DNA of 64,000 nt from Candidatus Eiseniibacteriota bacterium. GTDB taxonomy: Bacteria; Eisenbacteria; RBG-16-71-46. Positions 1-13,025 of this stretch are shown one piece after another; the stretch's first letter is position 1; each line of letters starts with the position of its first letter. Location: NCBI GenBank assembly GCA_963744995.1, contig CAVUWA010000010.1, positions 640,001-704,000 of the forward strand, written 5' to 3'. The notes beneath the pieces were generated by a model, which was not told the DNA's origin, ran no database searches, and was given only the letters and a program-made list of their open reading frames with translations. The translations under genes and the position numbers were made by a program.

Positions 1-84
1 CGTTTTCCGCGGAACGGCAATCGGGTCCGGACGCTGCAGGCCGGGCCGGGTCGGATCTGCGTCACCGCACACCGAAAGGAACGG

Positions 85-480
85 ATGAAGTGGTCAGATG
101 AATTCGCGACCGGTCTCGAGCGCATCGACGAGCAGCACCGGATGCTCTTCAAGATCGCCGAGGACTTCCGGCTCGCGCTCGACGAGGGCGGCGGTGAACG
201 CACCTACCCGCTCCTGCTCGAGGTGCTCTACGAGTACGCGCGGGCCCACTTCCAGTTCGAGGAAACCTGCATGGAGAAGTACGCATGCCCGCTGGCCGAG
301 ACCAACCGCGAGGCCCATGCCGGATTCATCCGGATGCTCGCGGACTACAGGCAGCGCCTCGACTCGATCGGCTTTCGCAGCGCCGATGCCCATGCCCTGG
401 TCAGCGGACTGGACCGCTGGCTCTCGAACCACATCTGCCGGATCGACATCGACCTCAGACGTGCCGTCCGCGGACAGTGA
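85..480 (+). CDS. Bacteriohemerythrin (single-domain)
   Basis: WSDEFATG..IDEQH, HFQFEE, H, WLSNHI..ID di-iron motifs; RBS gaaagga. Confidence 0.9.
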   Translation: MKWSDEFATGLERIDEQHRMLFKIAEDFRLALDEGGGERTYPLLLEVLYEYARAHFQFEETCMEKYACPLAETNREAHAGFIRMLADYRQRLDSIGFRSADAHALVSGLDRWLSNHICRIDIDLRRAVRGQ

Positions 481-713
481 GGCCATCGCCCCTCCGCACC
501 GCGCATCCGGCGCCTCGGTGAGCGGTGTGCCGCGCATCGCGCGCCACCCCCGGCCCCCGGGGCGAGGCGTCTTCGCCGGCGCCGATTGGCCGAATGCGCG
601 CTACGATGCGCGTTGCGTCCTGTTTCGGCGAGGCCGTGGGGAGCGGGCCGTCCCCTTGAAAGGCGCTTCATCCATTCGGTGACCGGGCCCGGCCCGATCG
701 GAGGCCGTTTCCT

Positions 714-1895
714 TTGAAGCGAACGCTGAGCCGGCTTCTCGCTCTGGGACTGCTGCTCGCGCTGGTGGCGCGCATCGCGTTCCAGCAGGGGTATTTCCAG
801 TGGGACTTCTCGGTCTATCTCGCGGCCGTCGACCTGTTCCTGAAGGGCGGCGACCCGTACTCCATCCAGGCCCTTCAACAGAGCGGCGGCAGCGGGGGCC
901 TCCCCTTCGTCTATCCGCCCCTCGCGCAGTTCTTCTTTCTGCCCTTTCACTTCCTTCCAGGTCCCGTCGCCTACGAAGTGTGGCTCGGGCTGAAGCTGCT
1001 CGCGCTCTATGGGCTCCTCCGGATCTGGAGACGCGAGGTCTTCCCGTTCGAGTGGAACTGGAAGACCATCCTCTTCCTGATCTTCGCCTTCAACGCCTGT
1101 ATCTACTGGGATCTGGCGGCCGGCAACGTGGCGCTGTTTCAGGTGTTCCTGATCTGGAGCGCGCTGGTCTGCTGGCGGCGGCGGCGGCATCTGCTGTTCG
1201 GGGTGCTGCTCGGGCTGGCGGCGCAGTTCAAGGTGACGCCGCTGTTCCTCTCGATCCTGCCGCTGGTTCTCGAGGAACGGATCAACGTGAAGGGCTTCCT
1301 GCTCGCGTTCCTGCCGGGAGCCGTGCTGCTCGGTCTCAACCCCGTGCTGTTCCCGCAGGCCACGCATCTCTTCGTGCAGGCGGCTTCGGTCCTCGATGAG
1401 CGCGGGCTCGCGGCGGCGTCGGGGCTCGCCCTGCTGCGGGACGCCGCGGACCTGGCCGGTTCGCTGGGACTTCCGCTGCCGGGCGCTCTGGACGAAGTTC
1501 TCTTCGGTGTCCTGGCGCTCGGAATCCTGGGAGGCAGTCTGGTGCTGCTCCGAAAGACGCGCCGTGCGGACGCACAGGGCAGACTGTTCTTCGTCCTCCT
1601 GACCTATCTTCTGATCCTCCCCAGGGTGAAGGCCTATTCCTACATCCTGGTCGTGATACCGAGTCTGGCCATTCTCCTCGGATCCCGCGAGAAGCTGCTG
1701 ATTCCGTTCCTCGTGTTGCTGACGGTGCTGCCGCATGCGAACTCCCCGCTCCCCCTGACGCGGGTCCTTCCGCTGCTCTCGGAATACACGCCGCTGTTTG
1801 CGCTGCTCGGGCTCTGGGCCGTGCAGGGCGCCGATCTGCTGCGCGAGGGCCGGAAGGTCGAAAACGGAGTCCCCGGCCGCGCCGCGAGCGGCTGA
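714..1895 (+). CDS. Glycosyltransferase family 87 (GT-C, DUF2029-like) membrane protein
   Basis: DFSVY..A..L..GGDPY, PFVYPP, GNV, FKVTP motifs; multiple TM helices; TTG start. Confidence 0.8.
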   Translation: MKRTLSRLLALGLLLALVARIAFQQGYFQWDFSVYLAAVDLFLKGGDPYSIQALQQSGGSGGLPFVYPPLAQFFFLPFHFLPGPVAYEVWLGLKLLALYGLLRIWRREVFPFEWNWKTILFLIFAFNACIYWDLAAGNVALFQVFLIWSALVCWRRRRHLLFGVLLGLAAQFKVTPLFLSILPLVLEERINVKGFLLAFLPGAVLLGLNPVLFPQATHLFVQAASVLDERGLAAASGLALLRDAADLAGSLGLPLPGALDEVLFGVLALGILGGSLVLLRKTRRADAQGRLFFVLLTYLLILPRVKAYSYILVVIPSLAILLGSREKLLIPFLVLLTVLPHANSPLPLTRVLPLLSEYTPLFALLGLWAVQGADLLREGRKVENGVPGRAASG

Positions 1896-2130
1896 GCGCG
1901 ATTCCGGCCATCCCGCGGTCGCCCCTTCGCGGCGCCCGGAATGCCTGCGAAATTGCGGTCAAGATCGGGATTCTGCGCTGCGCCCCGCCCCGCCGGCCGT
2001 GGTAGGCTTTTCTTCCCTTCGCGGGCGTGGCGCTTTTCGATCCCCGCCCCGATTCGGGAGTCTCCCTCAGGCTGGCCGCTCCGACTGGATCTGCCGCAGC
2101 CGCAACGCACCCGCATCCGGAGGTGGCAAC

Positions 2131-3018
2131 ATGACGCGAAGGCTATTGGGCATCTCCACCCTGCTCTTCCTGCTCGCCGGTCCCGCCATGGCCCAGCCGG
2201 TCGTCGACGGGTCGATCGCCGGGGACGGCTACGGCCCGGCCGAGGCCGTGCAGACGGTCCAGACCAATTTCGGCGACAACTTGAGCGAACTGGACGCCGG
2301 CTACTGCACCGTCGTCAACGGCCGCTTCTATCTGGCGTTGACCGGCAACCTCGAGAACAACTTCAACAAGATCGAGCTCTTCATCGACTCGCGAGCGGGC
2401 GGCGAGAACGTGCTCAGCGGTCTGCCCGGCAACGACGGCTCGGGCAAGATGGCGGGGCTGACGTTCGATGCCGGATTCGCCCCCGATTTCTACGTGATCG
2501 CGCGTCACGGCTTCACGACGACGAGCGTGTTCGATCTCGACTTCGCCGAACTGGGCACGCCGAACTCCTCCTACTATGGGGACGTATTCGGCGGCGTGGA
2601 TCAGGGTTCCGCCCTCACGGGAATCGGGCTCAACGCTCAGCCCATCGGCGTCGGCTTCGACAACAGCAACGCCGCCGGCGTGCTCGGCGGCACCGGAGCC
2701 ACCAACCAGGCGAACGCCCTCGCGGTGCAGACCGGCCTCGAGCTCAGCTTCGACCTGGGCGACCTCGGCTACACGGGCGGCGACCTCCGCGTCTGTGCGT
2801 TCGTGAACGGGTCCAATCACGACTACGCGTCGAACCAGTTCCTCGGCGGTCTGCAGCCGCCGCAGGACAATCTGGGCGGCGACGGGAACGGCGTATTCAC
2901 CGGCGTTCTCGACTTCGATCTCAACAACTTCGCCGGCGACCAGTTCTTCATCTGCACCGGCAGTGCGACGCCGACGGAGAAGGTCACCTGGTCGAGAATC
3001 AAGTTGCTGTACCGCTGA
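2131..3018 (+). CDS. Secreted protein with C-terminal TWSRIKLLYR motif
   Basis: GGAGG RBS before ATG 2131; signal peptide MTRRLLGISTLLFLLAGPAMA; Gly/Asn/Asp-rich beta-type body. Confidence 0.8.
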   Translation: MTRRLLGISTLLFLLAGPAMAQPVVDGSIAGDGYGPAEAVQTVQTNFGDNLSELDAGYCTVVNGRFYLALTGNLENNFNKIELFIDSRAGGENVLSGLPGNDGSGKMAGLTFDAGFAPDFYVIARHGFTTTSVFDLDFAELGTPNSSYYGDVFGGVDQGSALTGIGLNAQPIGVGFDNSNAAGVLGGTGATNQANALAVQTGLELSFDLGDLGYTGGDLRVCAFVNGSNHDYASNQFLGGLQPPQDNLGGDGNGVFTGVLDFDLNNFAGDQFFICTGSATPTEKVTWSRIKLLYR

Positions 3019-3392
3019 CGCGATCCAGGCGGCGGCCTACCGCCGCCCGCTGAACACGACGCCGGAGCGGCCCCAGGCCGCCCCGGCGTTCGTTCGTCCG
3101 GACGACCTGCGGGCCGGCCCGCGGGATCGCCGTGGCGCCACGGCCGGGTGTGGGGCCGCCGATCCAGCCTGCGCCGCCGTGTCATGACGTCATGCGACCT
3201 GTCAGCGTCAGGGGCCGCAGCACCGTGTCCCGGGAGGGTCCGCGGACATGCCGGGCTCCCGCCCTGCATGTGCGGCGGGGCACCGGGCCCTGCGGCTAAT
3301 CCGTTGGGGCAGCATCAGGCGGCCGGGCCGGGCCGGGCCGTCGCGGGCCGCGGGCGCGGCGCGCGGCGTCCCGCCGGTCACCCGCCCGCCGG

Positions 3393-3408
3393 TGGCATAC
3401 GCGATGCA
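3393..3408 (+). promoter_or_regulatory. Putative sigma54 (-24/-12) promoter
   Basis: TGGCATACGCGATGCA, GG-N10-GC, about 90 bp upstream of ATG 3498. Confidence 0.6.
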
Positions 3409-3497
3409 AGTCCATGCAGGTGTTTCGCTGCAGCAGGCGGTATCGGATCGTGCGGAAGCCGCCGCGGCCACTTCTCTCGCTCTCCGGGAGCACGCCC

Positions 3498-4889
3498 ATG
3501 TCCAGCCAGAATACGACTCGCGTCCTCATCATGGGAGCCGCAGGACGCGACTTCCATGATTTCAACGTCTACTGGAAACACGTTCCCGACACCGAGGTCG
3601 TCTGCTTCACCGCGACGCAGATTCCGGACATCGAGGGACGCGTCTATCCGCCCGAACTCGCCGGGTCGCGTTATCCGAACGGCATCCCCATTCACTCCGA
3701 AGAACGACTGGAGCAGCTGATCGCCGAGTACGAGGTGGACGTGGTCGGCTTCTCCTACTCGGACGTCTCGCACGAGTACGTCATGCATCAGGCGTCACGC
3801 GTGCAGGCGGCCGGCGCGCAGTTCGTCCTGCTGGGTCCGAACCAGACCATGCTGCGCAGCGTGAAACCCATCATCGCCGTCGGCGCGGTGCGCACCGGCT
3901 GCGGCAAGAGCCAGACCGCGCGGCGCGTGAGCCGGATCCTCAAGGGCATGGGGCTCAAAGTCGCCGTCGTGCGTCACCCGATGCCGTACGGCGATCTGTC
4001 GCTGCAGGTGTGCCAGCGGTTCACGAAGGTCGAGGATCTGACCGCACACCGCTGCACGATCGAAGAGCGCGAGGAGTACGAAGCCCACATCGAGATGGGC
4101 AACCTGATCTTCGCCGGCGTGGACTACGAGATCATCCTGCACGCCGCCGAGGCCGAAGCCGACGTCGTGCTCTGGGACGGCGGCAACAACGACACGCCGT
4201 TCTTCCGGCCCGACCTGAACATCGTCGTCGCCGATCCGCACCGCCCCGGGCACGAAATGCGCTACTACCCCGGCGAAACCAACGCCCGCATGGCGGACGT
4301 CCTGATCGTCAACAAGGTCGACACCGCGCGCGAAGAGGACGTCAGGAAGGTGGAGGACGATCTCCGGCGGATCAACCCGAAGGCGCGGCTGATGCGCGCC
4401 AATTCGCCGATCACCGTGCGTGACCCCGACCTGGTGCGCGGCAGGCGCGTGCTGGTGATCGAGGACGGCCCGACCCTGACCCATGGCGGAATGCCCTACG
4501 GCGCCGGAATCGTCGCGGCGAAGCGTCTGGAGCCGGCCGCGATCGTCGATCCGCGGCCGTACGCCGTGGGCTCGATTCGCGGGGTGTTCGAGAAGTTCAC
4601 GCACCTCACCGAAGTGCTGCCGGCGATGGGCTACGGCGACCGGCAGATCGCCGAGCTGTCCGCGACGATCGACGCCGTTCCCTGCGACACGGTGCTGGTC
4701 GCCACGCCGGTGGACCTCACCCGCGTGATCACGATGAGCAAGCCGGCGACCCGCGCCACGTACGAGCTCGACGAACACGACCCGACGCTGCTGGAGACGG
4801 AGATTGCAAAGGCCATTCAGCGGGTCGGGACGAAGGAGGGTCGCGAAGCGCAGGCCCGCACGGAGACGATGGATCCGGCGACGCACTGA
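3498..4889 (+). CDS. Cyclic 2,3-diphosphoglycerate synthetase-like P-loop GTPase (COG2403)
   Basis: GAAGRDFHDFN, AVRTGCGKS, WDGGNND, NKVD, EDGPTLTHG motifs. Confidence 0.85.
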   Translation: MSSQNTTRVLIMGAAGRDFHDFNVYWKHVPDTEVVCFTATQIPDIEGRVYPPELAGSRYPNGIPIHSEERLEQLIAEYEVDVVGFSYSDVSHEYVMHQASRVQAAGAQFVLLGPNQTMLRSVKPIIAVGAVRTGCGKSQTARRVSRILKGMGLKVAVVRHPMPYGDLSLQVCQRFTKVEDLTAHRCTIEEREEYEAHIEMGNLIFAGVDYEIILHAAEAEADVVLWDGGNNDTPFFRPDLNIVVADPHRPGHEMRYYPGETNARMADVLIVNKVDTAREEDVRKVEDDLRRINPKARLMRANSPITVRDPDLVRGRRVLVIEDGPTLTHGGMPYGAGIVAAKRLEPAAIVDPRPYAVGSIRGVFEKFTHLTEVLPAMGYGDRQIAELSATIDAVPCDTVLVATPVDLTRVITMSKPATRATYELDEHDPTLLETEIAKAIQRVGTKEGREAQARTETMDPATH

Positions 4890-5491
4890 GGGCGTTCCGC
4901 GCGCGTCGGCTCGCCCGATTCGCGCGGGCCGGAAAGCGGGAGCGTTGCAGGCGCTCCGCTGTCGGACGGGCCGGAGCGGTTCCAGCAGCTCCGGCCCGGT
5001 TCCGTCCGGGCACCCGCTGCCGCGCTCAGAACGCGATCCCGGCGTGCAGCTCGATCGAGGCCGCGCGTTCGGCGCCCCAGCCGGTCGCTGCCACCACCTC
5101 CATCATGAACGCCGGACCCGTCGCCGGCACCGTCAGCCAGCCGCCCGCCCATTGCACGAAGGGAGAGCCGCTCTTGCGCTGCCCGCGGTGCGCTGCGCCC
5201 GCGGCGTCCACCGTCGAGACCGGAGCGTCGAGGAGGCCGGCGCCGGCACCGGCCTCCTGATAGGTCCGCAGCCGGCCCGCCGTGCGGGAGACGCGCCCAT
5301 CCAGCGCCAGCCCCGTCCAGCGGATCGAGCCGGTCCGGTGGGCCGGTCCGTGCTGCGATGCCCGGCCGCGATGGCGCGCGGGCAGACGCCGGGCGGCCGT
5401 TGACGAACGACCCCGGGGCCGCCGCATGCGAGACGCCGGGACGGATCCATCCGCCCCGGCGCGCCTCGTTCGAACGACCTGCCGGGGCCTG

Positions 5492-5764
5492 CTACTTCGT
5501 CCCGAGCGCCTCGATCGCATCCGCGAGCACCGTGGCCCGGTTCTTCGACACCTCGAAGAACCCGCCGTTCACGCGATAGCGGGTGTCGCGACCGCCCGGT
5601 GCGCGCACCGTGAGCGTGCCTTCGCGCATCCCGGTCACCAGCGCGGCGTGATTCGCGAGCACGCCCAGGTAGCCTTCGCTGCCCGGCACCTCGACGTACT
5701 CCACCGCGCCCTCGAACACGGATCTTTCGGGCGTCAGGATGCTGAGCTCGAACTCGGTCGCCAT
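5492..5764 (-). CDS. atpC: ATP synthase F1 epsilon subunit (N-terminal beta domain only, 90 aa)
   Basis: ILTPER, PGSEGYLGVLANHA, GGFFEV, VLADAI; last gene of atp operon. Confidence 0.95.
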   Translation of the reverse strand: MATEFELSILTPERSVFEGAVEYVEVPGSEGYLGVLANHAALVTGMREGTLTVRAPGGRDTRYRVNGGFFEVSKNRATVLADAIEALGTK

Positions 5765-5768
5765 GACG

Positions 5769-8035
<2,267 letters not shown>

Positions 8036-8040
8036 TCGTC

Positions 8041-9549
<1,509 letters not shown>

Positions 9550-9589
9550 TGGGTATGACCCCGTTCGTGTGTGTCGTTGCGGATGGCGG

Positions 9590-10135
9590 CTAGACGCTCA
9601 CTTCGCGCAGCTGGTGCTCGATGGACTCGAGCAGCGTTCGCACCGAGCGATCGATCACGCGATCGCCGATGCGGACGAGCGCCCCGCCGAGCAGCTCCTC
9701 TTCCACCTCGGCCGCGAGCTTCACCTTCTTCTTCGTGTAGTTTTCGAGCACCGCGAGCAGCTTCGCCGTCTCGTCGGACGTCAGCGGCACGGCACTCACG
9801 ACCTGCACGCGCTGAATGCCCTGCGCGTGCTCGACCAGCGCTTCGAACTCGCTGACGATCGTCTCGAACTCGCGCATCCGCCGCTTGCGCAGCAGCAGCT
9901 CGAGAAACAGGATGACGACCGTCTCCACGCGGCCTTCGAGGCTCCTGCGCAGCGCCTCGCGCTTGTCCACAAGCCGCACCTGCGGACTGGCGAGCTGACG
10001 GCTCACCGCCGAGCCCGGCGCCAGCACGACCGCGAGCCCCTTCAGGTCCTCGAGTACGCGCACGGTTTCGCCGCGCTTCTCGGTCACCGAGAACAGCGCG
10101 ACGGCGTAGCGCGAAGCGACGGCCGTATCTCTCAC
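9590..10135 (-). CDS. atpH: ATP synthase F1 delta subunit
   Basis: [26 protein letters not shown]; operon position. Confidence 0.95.
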   Translation of the reverse strand: MRDTAVASRYAVALFSVTEKRGETVRVLEDLKGLAVVLAPGSAVSRQLASPQVRLVDKREALRRSLEGRVETVVILFLELLLRKRRMREFETIVSEFEALVEHAQGIQRVQVVSAVPLTSDETAKLLAVLENYTKKKVKLAAEVEEELLGGALVRIGDRVIDRSVRTLLESIEHQLREVSV

Positions 10136-10623
10136 CGGAGGGCTCCGACCTCGTCGACGAACTCCCCGACCAGCTTGCGCTGCGCGGGATCGTCGAGCTT
10201 CTGGCGCAGGATCTTCTCCGCAGTCCGGATGGACATGTGAACGACCTGCTCCTTGAGCGTCTCCTTGGCCTTCTCCCGTTCGCGTTCGATCTCGTCTTCG
10301 GCGCGCTGCAGGCGCTGCTGCGCCTCGTGCTGCGCCTGCGACTTGATCTCGGCCGCGACCTTCTGGCCTTCGGTCACCGCTTCGTTCAACTTCTGGCGGG
10401 CGTGCACGTCGATGCTGCGCATCTCCTGCTCGAAGCGCGACCTGGCCTCTTCGGCCTCGCCCTTGAGCCGCTCCGCCTCCTTGAACTCGCCGGCGATCCG
10501 TTCACGCCGCTCGTCGAGCAGCGCCAGAACCGGCGCCCACGCGTAGCGTCGCAGAATCCAGACCATGAGCAGAAAGCCGATGATCTGGGTGAGGACCTGG
10601 CGGACATCAATCAAACCGTTCAT
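10132..10623 (-). CDS. atpF: ATP synthase Fo subunit b
   Basis: N-terminal TM, AWAPVLALLDER, long coiled coil. Confidence 0.95.
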   Translation of the reverse strand: MNGLIDVRQVLTQIIGFLLMVWILRRYAWAPVLALLDERRERIAGEFKEAERLKGEAEEARSRFEQEMRSIDVHARQKLNEAVTEGQKVAAEIKSQAQHEAQQRLQRAEDEIEREREKAKETLKEQVVHMSIRTAEKILRQKLDDPAQRKLVGEFVDEVGALR

Positions 10624-10704
10624 GACGACTCCGATCCCCGGGGAATCCGCGCGCCGCGACGCCCGTCGCGATCGCCCGCACCCGGTCCGGAAAAGGCGGC
10701 GCGA

Positions 10705-10956
<252 letters not shown>

Positions 10957-12411
10957 TTAGACCTGGTGAGCGTGTTGCACCACCGCCTCGTGCTCGTGCT
11001 CATGGTCGTCATGAGGAAGCATGAGGAGGAAGTAGATCGTGCTGAGCACGGTGAAGATCATCGCCTGAATCGCGCCCGTGAGCAGGGCGAGGAACATGAA
11101 CGGCAGCTGCAGCGGGAGTCCGAACGGCAGCCCCAGAAAGGAGATGCTCGTGACGCCGAGTGTCGCGAACGCGACCAGCAGCATGTCCTCGCCGAACACG
11201 TTGCCGAACAGTCGCGCGGCGAGCGAGATCGGCTTTGCGAATTCGCCGAGCACGTGGATCGGCAGCATCAGCGGCACCAGACACCAGCTGATGAGATTGC
11301 GCGGATTGCCGGCGAGGTGGTCGAGCCAGCCGATCACGCCGAGCTCGCGGAAACCGATGAACTGGGCATAGACGAACACCGTCACCGCGAGCGCCGCGGT
11401 CACGTTGAGGCTCGAGGTCGGCGAGTCGAGGAACGGCACCAGGCCCGCGTAGTTCATGCACAGGATGTAGATGAACAGCGTGCCCAGGAACGGCACGTAG
11501 CGCGGCCCGTGCTTCTCGCCGAGGATCCCGACGAAGAAGTCGTAGCCGGCCTGCACCAGGAACTCGACCGCGCCCTGGAAGCGTCCCGGAATCATCTCCC
11601 GCTTTGCGGCCGCGGCGCGCGCAACGAAGCTGATCAGGCCCGCGAAGAACAGCGAGAACAGGATCACTTCCCATTCGTGCAGCCAGCGCGCCCAGCCGGC
11701 GTCCGGGAAGGCGCGGGCGATGATGGTGATGACGTTGGCGAACTTCTGCGGGCCCTGCTCTTCGCCGTGGCCGCCTGCGTGTCCGGCGCCCTCGTGCGGG
11801 GCTTCGGCCTGCGTCCCGCCGTGCGCTCCGGCGGCGCCTTCGTGCGGCGCCTCGGCCTGCGTCTCGCCGTGCGCTTCGGGCGTCGCCTGGGCCACTTCGG
11901 CCGGCGCCGCTGCGCTCGCCACGGTCGTCGCGCGCGCCGGCGCGGCGGAAGGCATCGGCCACACCGACAGCGCGGCATACGCGGCGAGGCCGAGCGCGGC
12001 GAGAATCGCGCCGTTGCGGCGCGGATGGCGCGCGAGACGCGACCAGAGCCGCGAGCCCACGAGCAGCAGCGAAGCCGCTTTGCCCACGATCACCGCGAAC
12101 GGCACCAGGAACCCCGCGAGCAGCCAGACCGGCACGAGCCGCGCGAGCAGCAGGCCGCCCACGCCGAACCACGCCAGCATGCACGCGGCCGAGCCCCAGG
12201 TGCGCAGCGCCCTGCCGAAAGACTCGGGCGCGTGGCCGGTGAGGGCGACGACCAGGACCTGGAGCAGCGCGAGATTGACCAGCGACCAGATCACACCGCT
12301 CGCGACCGACAGCCCCTGGACCGGACCCGCATAGGTCAGTGTCATGAGGGCTGCCAGGCCGCCCAGCCAGAGCGAGGTCGTGCGCACGCGCGCGAGGAAT
12401 TCGAGACCCAT
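10957..12411 (-). CDS. atpB: ATP synthase Fo subunit a with fused N-terminal AtpI-like membrane domain and His/Ala-rich linker
   Basis: C-terminal half has PTSSLN and ISLAARLFGN..GED; N-terminal ~150 aa has 4-5 TM helices with SLVNLALL. Confidence 0.92.
   Translation of the reverse strand: MGLEFLARVRTTSLWLGGLAALMTLTYAGPVQGLSVASGVIWSLVNLALLQVLVVALTGHAPESFGRALRTWGSAACMLAWFGVGGLLLARLVPVWLLAGFLVPFAVIVGKAASLLLVGSRLWSRLARHPRRNGAILAALGLAAYAALSVWPMPSAAPARATTVASAAAPAEVAQATPEAHGETQAEAPHEGAAGAHGGTQAEAPHEGAGHAGGHGEEQGPQKFANVITIIARAFPDAGWARWLHEWEVILFSLFFAGLISFVARAAAAKREMIPGRFQGAVEFLVQAGYDFFVGILGEKHGPRYVPFLGTLFIYILCMNYAGLVPFLDSPTSSLNVTAALAVTVFVYAQFIGFRELGVIGWLDHLAGNPRNLISWCLVPLMLPIHVLGEFAKPISLAARLFGNVFGEDMLLVAFATLGVTSISFLGLPFGLPLQLPFMFLALLTGAIQAMIFTVLSTIYFLLMLPHDDHEHEHEAVVQHAHQV
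11785..11880 (-). repeat. 48-bp tandem duplication encoding AHG(E/G)TQAEAPHEGA x2 in the atpB linker
   Basis: Two near-identical units starting at 11785 and 11833. Confidence 0.85.
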
Positions 12412-12435
12412 TCGTACCTCAGGGACGCGGCGGGC

Positions 12436-12690
12436 TCAGCGCCGCCTGTTGCGTTCCTCCTCCGCCTGATACCGGAGGTAGATCAGATAGACCTGACGTC
12501 CACCGGCGATGAAACCGAGGACGAGGAAGATGATCGCGAGCCACGGGCCGGTGCCGAACCTGTCATCCAGCCAGTTGCCCAGGAAGAACCCGCCGATGGG
12601 AGACGCGATGAGCAGTGTCGGGATGGCGAGCAGTAATCCTGCCGTGCGCATTCCTGCGAGGGGTTTGTTGCCCCGTCCTGCATCCGGCAT
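12436..12690 (-). CDS. atpZ: AtpZ/AtpI family small membrane protein
   Basis: GFFLGNWLDDRFGTGPW..IIFLVLGF.AG; first gene of atp operon. Confidence 0.88.
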   Translation of the reverse strand: MPDAGRGNKPLAGMRTAGLLLAIPTLLIASPIGGFFLGNWLDDRFGTGPWLAIIFLVLGFIAGGRQVYLIYLRYQAEEERNRRR

Positions 12691-12699
12691 TGATCCGCC

Positions 12700-12717
12700 C
12701 CGTGAAATTTTTCACAA
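12700..12717. promoter_or_regulatory. Rex-like (or CRP/FNR-family) operator upstream of atp operon
   Basis: TTGTGAAAAATTTCACGG on minus strand versus Rex consensus TTGTGAA-N4-TTCACAA. Confidence 0.65.
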
Positions 12718-12764
12718 GCGGCCGCCAACCGACGATATATCAACGGAGTGACGACCGGCCGGGG

Positions 12765-12793
12765 AGATTAGGGAAACGGCTCTGGCCGGTCAA
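12765..12793 (-). promoter_or_regulatory. sigma70-type promoter of atp operon
   Basis: TTGACC-17 bp-TAATCT. Confidence 0.65.
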
Positions 12794-13025
12794 CTCGAAA
12801 CTGACAGAAACCTGAAATATCGGGATTTCCATTTCCGGCAACCCGTCGGTGCGGGTCGGCGCGGGACGTGCGGATCAGCAGGCCGGCGCTGACCGGCCGC
12901 CCAACCCGCTCCCCGGCAGCGGCTTCGCCGGGGACCGCGTCCGACAGCCCACCGCGGCTCCCGGCGAGGCTGGCGCCGACCGCCCCGGCTGGCGGGCGGC
13001 GCAGGGGGCACACTATCCTGCCGCG

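Noticed and set aside
3020..3390. Riboswitch or ncRNA in the hairpin-rich intergenic region
   Set aside because: Only generic GC-rich stems; no recognisable Rfam-type conserved motif
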